Positions 49,462 to 64,000 of a stretch of 64,000 nucleotides of DNA are shown here, piece by piece. Each line of letters opens with the position of its first letter. The first letter of the stretch is position 1. The notes beneath the pieces were generated by a model. It saw nothing but the letters and a program-made list of their open reading frames with translations, made no database searches and had not been told where the DNA came from. The translations under genes were made by a program, and so were the position numbers. The DNA comes from Paraspadella gotoi (Eukaryota > Animalia > Chaetognatha), in contig CM119269.1 in the NCBI GenBank assembly GCA_051294375.1, positions 22,679,808 through 22,743,807 of the forward strand, read 5' to 3'.

Positions 49462-50616
49462 TTACAGAGAGAGACAGAGAAAGAGACAGACAGAGAGAAA
49501 CAAAGCTGGACAGCTGCTGGAAGGCCGCTATACAGTCACTGCAGAGACTGAACTCGTTTTTTTCTAAAAAAGAAAAGAATATATATATAATTTAAAGAAA
49601 TAAAAGAAAGGCAAAAATATAGTGTACAATTGTTTACAATTGGAAATTTTTCAATTTTTTCCAATCGCAGCTTGTAAAAGATTTTATTTTTATTTGTATT
49701 AAAATTAAGAATAGCTCTCATTAAAAAGATATTTTGAGTTCCCATTTTTATTATATTTTAAAAAATTTTTATGATTTCATCTTCAATATTATATACTGCA
49801 ATATGTAAATTAGATTAGAGCATTTCTATATACTAATTTGGATTTATAATGAGTACTTTAATCTCATTTGCATATTGCAGTAAATCATAATGAAGTGGAA
49901 ATTCAAACAAAAAATACTTAATCCAAATGTAATATGAAAATATCACAGCTATTTCAAGATGAAAAGCCATATCTAAATTTTTAACTTACTGATCGCACAC
50001 TTTTGTAAAACTTTATCATAATTCATAATAATTTTTATTTAAAAAAACGGTAAGTCACAGCCAACACTATAAAAGCGTAGTAGTTTATTAAGTAACAAAA
50101 AAGCATGACGGACGACGACGACGACGACGACGTCACAAAGAAGCTGACCCGAAACAAAATCAAGCCTGAACCGGCTTCGCCGGTCATGGCTCGATAACAA
50201 ACAAATGCGTCTAATGAGTATGATAGAGAGAAAAAGAAATACAGCCGCAGCAGAGCTGAACTCGTTATTTAAACGAATCAGAAGAGGAAGCAATGGTTTA
50301 ATCAGCCGTCACTCTTTTTACAAGAACTGTTCCGACCAGGGTTAGAACCTGTCACCATTGAATTAGAAGATGAAGCATTAGCCGAGTGCGACATTATGGC
50401 GCTGATGGCAGGAACAGTCGTATCCAACGGGTAGTGATATTACATCACTACAATAGCTAATTTATTAAAAGAATGGATAATTTTGTATTGATTGCATCAA
50501 TTTCATATGAACATATTGAAATTCATACGAATCATACCCGAGTTTGACTTTTGTTTCCTTTTCCAACTTCGTCCTCCGCTGCTGACCTCAACCGACGAAA
50601 GCGCGAAGGAATCTCT

Positions 50617-50646
50617 GGCGGGAAATAAAAGTCTTCGGCGCGAAAA
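50617..50646. promoter_or_regulatory. Two E2F consensus sites upstream of PCLAF
   Basis: GGCGGGAAA (50617-50625) and GGCGCGAAAA (50637-50646) match TTTSSCGC, ~180-200 bp before the ATG; PCLAF is an established E2F target in mammals. Confidence 0.65.
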
Positions 50647-50819
50647 TCTTTTCTTTCTCTCTTGTCTCTGTCTCTGTCTTTCTTAGGGCGACCGTCTCTG
50701 TCTACCTCTTTACGTCAAATTAACGTCGGTCGTCGATTCTTTACAACGAAATTTCATTTATGGAAATGAAAGAAACTCCTCGCTTCGTTTAATATAGACT
50801 TAATTAAAATATTAATAAA

Positions 50820-51710
50820 ATGCCTAGAACGCGGGCCGACGCGACGACGAAACGTAAGTTGCTTTCAGCCGACGTGGTCACTGAGTCACTGGTCACTGGT
50901 GTAGGGAATTGCTGTGGGAAAACTTAGGGCTTTTTTATTGTGTTGAGACTTAGTAGTATCGTGGGTCAGCGCTGCTTGAGTTTTATTGCATCGCAGTATC
51001 GCTGTATTGCTTTATAAAAGGGTTTAACGTTTGCATTATACAAATAGATATTTAAATAAATTAGTATTTACAAATTTTAGGACGCGGCCCAAATGAAAGA
51101 CGTTAGAAGTAGTCTAATGTTAAAGTTAATTAAGTTGATATTCTACAAATGATTCCTTTTAATTTCAGTGTCGGGCGGGAAGGCGCCCCGCAAAGCCCCG
51201 CCCGCCGCCGCCGGCCCTTCCTCTGCCGGTTCCACGCCAGGTACGGAGCGGTTAACGTGCGGTTATCTGATTGACCGGTTAATGTTGTTGGATTCTCGAA
51301 AAAATATTAAAATTAACTATCAACTATCAACTATCAAACAACGCTGATAGTTAATTATGTATTTCGTTAACAATGATAATGACGGTAATTTAGTCATTGT
51401 TGCCTTATTACTTTTCTCCTACTCTTTAATAATAATAATTTACTTTGAATAATACATACATATATAATATAACCTCACGATTTCATTAATTAGGAAAACG
51501 AAAATCCGTGGAAGTCGGAGGAAATAACCCTGTAGTGGTTCGCCCGACGCCCTCTTGGCAAAAACCGCTCGACAATTTCTTCAAGAAGAAAATCGAGGAC
51601 CAAGAGACGTTGGAGGGAAATTCGTCCGAAAAAGGTAAGGGTTTATCGTGGGTTAGGTTAAAGCGAAGGTTTAATTGTTAGGTAAGTGAAAGAATCTGCA
51701 GAGATTAACG

Positions 51711-51756
<46 letters not shown>

Positions 51757-52812
51757 GCGATTATAAATGGGTGAAATCACTTCCGGTAAAAGATTAATGG
51801 TGTCAGTACACGGCGATAGTAATGTTAGCTTACGTTATCATACGTTGTACTCGAAAAATATATATGAATGTTAAATTAACAAATGAGAACATTTTGCAGG
51901 GTCCGTAAATTTTTTTTCCCTTAGTCGATGAGTCTTTGTTCTTTGTCTTTTCTGTGTCTTCGTTCCTATTGGCTTTTGTGGGATTATGTCATTTGGTTGT
52001 TAATGTACTTTGTCCTCAGTCCTCGTGATTTGTTGTCGTTTTTCAGTCCTGATTTGTTATTGTCTTAGAAATTTACGCCTTCCTCCATTTAGTGACGTGG
52101 CCAAATTGTCTATCGTGTCTAAAGATACTAGATAGTGTCTTTAGTTGTCTTGTCCTTTGATTCATATTGTCGTTGGATTCTCTTTGTCCCAATTTCTCCA
52201 GAAAACGTTGATCCCCGCGAAGAGACGGAGGAAAAAGAAAGAAGAAAGTCGCCGAAAAGAAAGAGGGAGACGAAGAAGGAAGAAGAAGAAGACGACGAGG
52301 AGAAAAGGAGGAAGTCGCCGAAAAGAAAGAGGGAGACGAAGAAGGAAGAAGAAGAAGACGACGAGGAGAAAAGGAGGAAGTCGCCGAAAAGAAAGAGGGA
52401 GACGAAGAAGGAAGAAGAAGAAGACGACGAGGAGAAAAGGAGGAAGTCACCGAAGAGGAAGAAGGAAGAGGAGGAAGACGAGAAGGAGGAAAGTAGGAAA
52501 TCTCCGAAGAGGAAGGAGGAAGAGGAAAAAGACGACGACGATGAAGACGACGACGACGCCTCCGTCGAAGCCAAAGAGTCGGACGTGGAGGAGGAGGAGG
52601 AAGAAGACGAAGTCGGCGAAATGGCCGACGAACTCGACGGTTTGAAGGAAGAAGCGGAGGAGGCTGCCGACTCTGCCGACTCTGCCGGTGCGGACGATGC
52701 CGATGCCAAGTCCGGCCGATCTCGCCGACGCAGGGCTACTCGATCCCCGCCAACGAAAAAGTCCAAGAAATTGCCCGCCAACGGGCTCATCTCCGACGAC
52801 GACGACGAATGA
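50820..52812 (+). CDS. PCLAF: PCNA clamp-associated factor (PAF15/KIAA0101) with long charged C-terminal extension, ~285 aa
   Basis: Exons 50820-50853, 51169-51240, 51494-51634, 52202-52812, phases consistent. MPRTRAD...GGKAPRK...GGNNPVVVRPTPSWQKPLDNFF (PIP box)...SEKEN (KEN box spanning the last junction). Confidence 0.9.
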
Positions 52813-53904
52813 GCATTCGGATGTCATCGTTGCGAAACCCCGGATGACGTCCATAAAGGACGCACGTAGCTTTCTCCCCCGGATGTTACCCGCCGCTGTA
52901 TATTTTTAATTTTTATCCCCCCCCCCTTTTGGCTTTGTGTAATTTTATTCTTTTGGTCCGTAATTGCGAATTTTAAAAATGCAAAGGCTTTTTAGCCAAT
53001 TAATTGTTGGACGCTTTTTGTTTTCGGTGTTTACGAATTTGGACAGTAAGTTACTTGGTTTTCGGTTGTATAGTAACAGTTATCAGGGTGAGTGAGATGG
53101 CTATCAGCGGGAAATTCAGATGTTGGCAGAAAAGAGCGAGTTTTGGTCGGAGTAGCGAAGTTGAAATTTGAACTAGTATTGGACAGGAGAACTTATTATT
53201 TTTACAATTTTAGCTTGTTCTTTTAATTTAATTTCGTTCTCTTAACCATTCTATTATTGTACAACCTTATCTTTAAACTTATTTTTAAATTTATTTCGGT
53301 TTTATTTACAAAACAAATTTATTCTGGTTACATTTTATTTTAATGATATTATCATATGTACACTCATTTACATTGGTACCCCCATTAATTTAAAATACGA
53401 GTTCTTACATTTTCGAATAAGACGTCTCACAACCGATTTTTCGATAGCTAATTCGGAATTTGAATATATTTTTATTCCAGATTAACTGTGTAGTACTAGC
53501 TTGCATAGTTTTAACCATTTCGACTAAGTTAAGTGTTTTGAAAACTGAAATTAAAACGAATACAAACGGTTTGAAACTCAACACAAATTCGCTCCGATTT
53601 TTTTGGTTTGGATTTTAATCGGAAGACAGCAGCTTCCTCTTTTTCTTTCCTCAGAGGCTGGCGATTGTTTTGGTTTGAGAGAAAAGAAACTCTTTTTCGC
53701 TCACGCGCGCGGCTTTAATCCTCAGCCTTTTTAAATGTTTACGTTTCCTCGTCGACCGCACAGTGTTTTTAATTGCAGCCACGCTCGACACAGTGTTTCA
53801 AACTTCGATGTGCCGGAGTTAAAATTTCCCAAATGGGCTTATTACGGATTTAGTAATGATCAGCAGTTAAAATGTCCCAGATAGCTGGTATTCGGATTAT
53901 AAAA

Positions 53905-54045
53905 TTGATACAACTACAATAAAAATTATCCATTCATTTAATAAATAAGCTATCTTGGCCCTGACTTTTGACAGGCCTTCATCGCTCTACCAAGATAATA
54001 ACATAGCAGGTTCCTGCAAGCTTTCAATCAAGACTCGTTTATTGA
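53905..54045. repeat. Unclassified interspersed repeat (ccattcatttaataaataagctatcttg...ttggacagg...aagctttcaatcaa)
   Basis: Copies at ~19625-19720, 26760-27135 (split), 31710-32490 (split), 32820-32952, 56965-57045, 61375-61455, in both orientations. Confidence 0.8.
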
Positions 54046-55433
54046 GTAACTGACTTCCCTATCAATGAAGCGGTAAAATATTTCAAAGAATGTTTCAAAT
54101 TGAAATGAAATTGAATTTAATTGAAATTCAATTGTATGAAACGTTATTATACGGTTAATATGGAAGACTTAACCCGTCCAAAGGGGCAAGAGCACTTAAG
54201 TTAAGTTAATCCATTGAATTACTAGATAATTTATATATTGGTTATACTCATAAGAGACCATGATTCCCAACACTAGCCAATTTAGACAGTAAATATTTTC
54301 TCTCTCTCATTGTCTCCTCTTTTTTTGTGTCACCCTACTCCTTTATTACTATTTGCATATTTGCGTTGTGACGGCAAAGGACGAAAAGAAAAGAACTCGG
54401 CCGTCGAAATCCTTTCGACAAAAGATTTTAATTGAAACTCGTGACGGAAAAGATTTTCATTCTTTCTCATTTTTTAGCGAATGAGGAATCGGAATTGCGG
54501 ACCGTGGACACGTTTCGGAATTGTGGTTGGATATTGTGGTGGTCTTGGTCTTGTGGTCGTGGTTTGGGTGGTTAGATCGTTGGGGGCAAAGAATGCGACG
54601 TTTAAAATTGGCCAGCGTCTTGATATTTCATTTACGGTTTTAACAAAGCGCCGGTAATGTTTAATAAAAGAGAATTTTAATGGATAGATTGAATAATATT
54701 GATCGGAATTACAATTTAGTTAGGCTCTTATTTAATAGATCAATCTTAGGCTTAAAGGTTCTTGATTTTCCTCTTCCAAAGAAAATACTAAGTTAAACTA
54801 AGTTAAACAATTTTATGGAGATTATAAATTGTATTCCAGCATCCATGAAAAATCTTCAAATTTTTGCGTCCAAACTCAAAAAGTTTACGATGATGACGTA
54901 GACAATCCAGGGATAAAACGTTAATCATTGGTTAAGTCTTTCTGACGGAAGTTTTAAAGTGAGTTGAGCCCAAGAGCTTACCTGGATGAGGCCGAGGCGA
55001 AGGCTTAAGGTCTAGTTAAAATATTTAGATTAAGAACCTACGGGTAATTGGCGGGGATAAATAAAGCAATGAAGCAATTGAATTAAATGTTTTATATTTT
55101 GATAAGGTCGGCATATACTGTAAACAATTAGACATTAAAAACAATTTGTCATAATCAATTAATCATACTGATTAAATTAATAAATAGCTAGGACTTTAAC
55201 ACCCTGTTTTCCACGTGAGCATTCAAAGCTCGAACCATAGTCTAATTGTTTAGGACATCTAATAAAAGAGATTTTCTTCATTTATGCCATAAGTTATTTT
55301 TAAAAAGACAGATTCCACTAAAAGAACCCGCTTCGTACCCAATTCGTACCCAATTCTTAGCAATCCAACAATTATGTTTTATATGTTTTGCTTTATTTAT
55401 TAATATTTATTCTTATCGAATAGACATATTTTT

Positions 55434-59478
<4,045 letters not shown>

Positions 59479-60685
59479 GAGTGGGAAGGATTTATAAATA
59501 CGCGATCGACAAATTTTATTTTAAAAATAAGTCTTAAGCCTTAAGTTAAGGCTTAAAACTTTTTTTATGTTGATCAGGTGAGTTCGACGGTAGTTGAATT
59601 TGCCAATTTAAAAACTTAAGTCGCGTTTTTAACATTGAAACGAACCTTAAGCATTAACTGATTTAATGTAGCCATCTTTAAAATATTTTTTAAAATTATT
59701 AATGTCGTAAATTCGGGATGAGATTGTTTTCGGGATTTTGTTGTATTTATCGAAAACTTTACCAGCGTCCCGTGTCAACGTTAAGGACAAATTGTGACGG
59801 CGTCTGTGAAAGACGCGGGACTTCGATTTCGTCGTCGTCATCGTCATCGTTGTCGGCGCGGAAAACGACATAGTCGGCGGAAGAGGAAATATATTACACT
59901 TGCTCTTCTTCCTCCTACTGGATGCATATGGGAGGCGCCTCTTCCCCAAGTAGTATCAAATACTAAAATTTATACTTAAATGGTTTTACGATAAAAATTA
60001 ACACGAATACTACCGTTGGTTATGAATCAGTTTCGGCGAAACTGATTCTATCCTACTTAATAATAGGACAAGTTTTGCGACGCGACGAATTACTTAATTA
60101 TTAACCCGCAAAGATAATTTAATTTGCAATTAACCCGAATTTCTTTTTCTGTCTCGTGTTTTTATATTTTTAATGAACGTTTATTTTACTATATTCAAAT
60201 TTTATTTTAATATTCTCTTAACTTCTATTCTACATTGCAACGCCTCGCCACTTTAAGGTACACGTACATAATTGATTTATCACTTCGCTACGCTGTCTGG
60301 TACTATGCTTTATCTTGCACTTCGTATCGCGTCACGTTTCGGCCTCGTCACGCCGTGTCGTTGTCACGCTCCGCCTTGTCACGGCGCCCCGTATTTGCCG
60401 ACGGCCACTTTGCGGATTTACTTGAATTGGGTTCGGAAATCCGCAACTGCCGGCTGCGGCCGCCGCCGACGCTGCCGCACGCCGCCGCCGTCTGTTTACA
60501 ATTACGTCACGCGCGTTGGATGGTGGGGGGGGGGAGGAGGGGGAGGAAGGGAGAGAAGAGCGAGATAGAGAGAGAGAGATAAAGAGTGAAAAGCGAGAAA
60601 GAGGATAGAGAAGAGAGAGAGAGAGGAAAAGAGGACAAGTGCGGATTTCGATGGAGGGATGTGGATAAAAAATTGTGGATATGAG

Positions 60686-60778
<93 letters not shown>

Positions 60779-61104
60779 TAAGGAGAGGGGGGGACAAGGG
60801 GAAAAAAAAGGAGGAAGTTGATTTTTTTTTTTCGTGTTTATCAAGAATCAACAGTCGTCGTTTGACGAAGACGAAGCCGCGACGAAGTGACTACGACGAA
60901 GTTGGAGCGTCTACGACGAAGTGACTACGACGAAGTTGGAGAGTCTACGACGAAGTGACTACGACGAAAAAAAGCGATAATAACAGTTGAAATTATAACG
61001 ACTACACTCTACAGGGATACGACGCGATCCAAGTTGCAAGCGAATTCGCGAGTTGGATTCATATTTCGAGATCGGACGCGATTTGAAAACGAGGGCAAAG
61101 GGGG

Positions 61105-61360
61105 AGTGGCATGGCGAAAGGGAAAAGAGACTGGGCGTGGCATGGGGAAAGGGAAAAGAGACAGGGCGTGGCATGGGGAAAGGAAAAAGGGACAGGGCGT
61201 GGCATGGGGAAAGGGAAAAGAGACAGGGCGTGGCATGGGGAAAGGGAAAAGGGACAGGGCGTGGCATGGGGAAAAGGAAGAGGGAATGGAGGGAGTCGCA
61301 TGGAGAAAGAGAAAAGATTGGAGAAGTACTAGCATGGGGAAAGGAAAAAAGACAAGGACA
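61105..61360. repeat. 31-bp minisatellite (gcatggggaaagggaaaagagacagggcgtg)n
   Basis: Tandem units; source of six overlapping pseudo-ORFs. Confidence 0.9.
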
Positions 61361-61706
61361 TGTTGGGAATCTAACATAGTCATCGAACAAAGTCTGGGGC
61401 AAGATAGATTATTCATTAAATGAATGGATAATTTTTACATTGGTTGTACCAATTTCATAGGTGTTCTCCGGGCTGGATAATGATATAATGATTATAATTT
61501 ATAATGTTGTTAAAACTACTGCTGAAAATACCTACAATATAGCAATAGAGAAGCTAAAGCAACGTCGGTGACATTTCAGTGGAAACGGAGTCTCGCGAAA
61601 ACATTATGAGTAAACAAGGGAAATGTTTTCATAAAACGAGGGAAGGAAAATATGGAGGCAAATGGAAAGGAAGGCTTTGAAATCATGAAAATCGATATTA
61701 TCCTAA

Positions 61707-61809
<103 letters not shown>

Positions 61810-61895
61810 TAAACAAAAAATAAAAAGGATGTAACTTATTAAAAGAGATTTCTAGCATTGATTGATAGCCTAATATTTAACTGGCTGATTTGAAT

Positions 61896-62431
61896 TCATT
61901 TATTTTTGCATGAATTGAGTTCCGACTGGCAGTCGCAGGTGGCATTATGCCAAGGGAGGATGGCACAAGGCATTAGAGAAGTGGTAGAATATCTGTGCCA
62001 GAGCGGGAGGTTTAGACCGCAAATTCTAAAAATTATACTATAATATCAGCAGATATTTTTTTTGCAATTTAGTGTAAAACTGGTTGTACCAATTACATTT
62101 GTTAATAACATTCATAAGTAAAATCCGCGAGATGATTTTCTTCTTCGTTTTCTTCAATTTTTAATACAATATCAATACAATCTTAATACAATATCAATCA
62201 TTCAATTAAAGTTAATTTTTTATAAACTCAATCTAATTTAGTAATATTAGAAGAATCTATCTCCTACACTAATAGCAGTTTTACAAGCAGTTGACACGCT
62301 TTTTACAAGCTTTTTTTGCCTGGCATCAGTTTCGGTGATGTAAGCGGATAGGAGATCTCCGCTCCTCGAGATATTCGCTAAAAGGACGGAGGAGGAAGAG
62401 GAGGAAGAAGAGGAGGAGGAAAATCCTACTT
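61896..62431 (-). CDS. Possible last two exons of a gene entering from the right (Cys-rich C-terminus)
   Basis: Exon 62320-62431 (strong polypyrimidine acceptor, AG|GC donor) joins in phase to 61896-61992: VGFSSSSSSSSSSSVLLANISRSGDLLSAYITETDAR YSTTSLMPCAILPWHNATCDCQSELNSCKNK*. Upstream exons not resolved. Confidence 0.35.
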
Positions 62432-62773
62432 CTTAAGTTAAAAGACGAAAAAGGAAAGAAGAGTAGGGTGGCCGGTGGCTCAACTAATTTTTTTTCCTTT
62501 AATTCATATAGATATTTTTAATATTTATTATTACTATATTGAAATAAAACTTTTTATTTTATTTAATCAAAACAAAAATAAATAATCAATATCTTAAAAT
62601 TTAAAAAAAAATGAAATATGAAAAAATATTTTAACAATAAAATATAAAAATTATATTTTTAAAAAATGGTAACGATAATTTAAAAAGAATAATAAAATAT
62701 GAAACTATAAAACTATTAAAATTATAAATATACATATATATCTCATATATATATCTCATCAAATAAATTCACC

Positions 62774-62818
<45 letters not shown>

Positions 62819-64000
62819 CAGTAATTACACCCAGCCTAGTGTCCGAGTTGATAATTCCACTAAGTTATGATATAGGAGAAGCGGGGAAGGACGGGCTGGC
62901 GATAACGAGGGAAAGAGGGAGTTCGATCGGGGGTTAAGCCAAGTTTTAGCGTTGTTTAAAGAACATTTAATTGTAAAAGTATTTGTTTGTTAATATTTGT
63001 ATTAATATTAATATTTGTTAATCTGCTACATTTGTTTGGATAATAGTTACGCAAAACATTTCAGTTTTAATCAATCAAAAAAATTAAAATTCGCTGGAAT
63101 AAGAAATAAGAAATAACGAAGAAGAAGAGAAGGGAGGGAGGAAGAAAGAAAATAAAGAGGAGGAAGAAAGAGAAAAAAAAGGAAAGGGAGAAAGGAAGAT
63201 AAAGGGAGGACAGAAAGAAAGGAAGGAAAGAAAAGGGTAGAAAAGAAAGGGAGAACAGAAAAGAAGAAAGAAAGGAGGAAAAGAAAGAGAAGAAAGAAAA
63301 AGGGAAGGGGAAGAAAGGGAGAAAGAAAAGAAAAAAGGAAGAGGAGGAAAGGGAGAAAGAATAGAAAAAGGGAAGGGGAAGAAAGGGAGAAAGAAAAGAA
63401 AAAGGGAAGGGGAGGAAAGGGAGAAAGAAAAGAAAAAGGTTTGGAAGAAAAGGAAAGAAAAGAAAAAGTAAAGAGTTTCATCCCCGCGAGGCACAAAAAC
63501 GTTAATGGAGGATAAGCGGAGACCCGCTGAAGCAGCAGCGGCGCAGCGGCGCAGCGGCGCAGCGGCGACTCAAAAATCCTCTTCGCTAAAAACGTAATTC
63601 GCTCCTTTTAAAACGAAGGATTTCACGAGCCGACAAATCGTCGCCGGTTGCCGACAAATCGTCGCCGGTTGCCGACAAATCGTCGCCGGTTGCCGACAGT
63701 TGGGGAAAGAATTAATTAAGCGTTAAAACTTAAATAATCCTTCGTCTATAAAAGTGTAAAATAAAAAAAAAGAGAACAAAATACGTTGCTTCATTTTATT
63801 ATTTCTTTTTCAGTTGGAATGTTTCTTATACAAATATAATTCAACTTTAACCGATTTTAGCAATTTTTGGTTTCGCCAATTGACTTGCATACTGTTACTA
63901 ATGACAATAAGAAACTTTCGATCTCTACGTGAGAGTAATGAGTGACCACTGACCACGTTAACATTGTAACTTTTATAATTATTACACGTATGTACTATGT

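Noticed and set aside
54340-55012. Possible extra minus-strand exons downstream of PTF1A (incl. 30-nt AG..GT segment near 54981-55010)
   Set aside because: No donor before the PTF1A stop and no coherent exon chain or homology.
59765-59950. Exon-like CpG-rich patch upstream of PTF1A
   Set aside because: No frame with consistent start and splice signals; may be UTR or regulatory.

Overview
AT-rich, microsatellite-dense, intron-containing animal (invertebrate-like) genomic DNA; most listed ORFs are simple-repeat artefacts and the real genes had to be spliced by eye. Genes: a ceramide kinase-like gene ending in a hydrophobic C-terminal anchor (+, 5008-14038), an uncharacterised multi-exon gene (+, 17507-24165), two tandem intact 8-exon SLC16/MCT transporters (-, 25519-29656 and 31524-35666), a type I membrane protein with three SUEL-lectin-like domains and an EFYV PDZ-type tail (+, 40754-45794), an intronless frameshifted Kelch-repeat sequence (-), PCLAF/PAF15 with a large SPKR-repeat extension (+, 50820-52812), PTF1A (-, 55434-59478), two partial gene ends, and one tRNA-Ala with decayed neighbours. 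Most notable non-coding signals: an inverted pair of Penelope-type minimal hammerhead ribozymes with a target-site duplication (30025-30306) plus a covarying relative (16929-16971); two TA-flanked, highly structured ~230-260 bp insertions that share termini but not interior sequence (26811-27067, 28321-28549); and a MITE family carrying degenerate telomeric repeats. A 3.5 kb noisy foldback next to an N gap and several homopolymer-associated frameshifts indicate imperfect assembly, so pseudogene calls are tentative. All coordinates and translations were read manually and no database searches were run.
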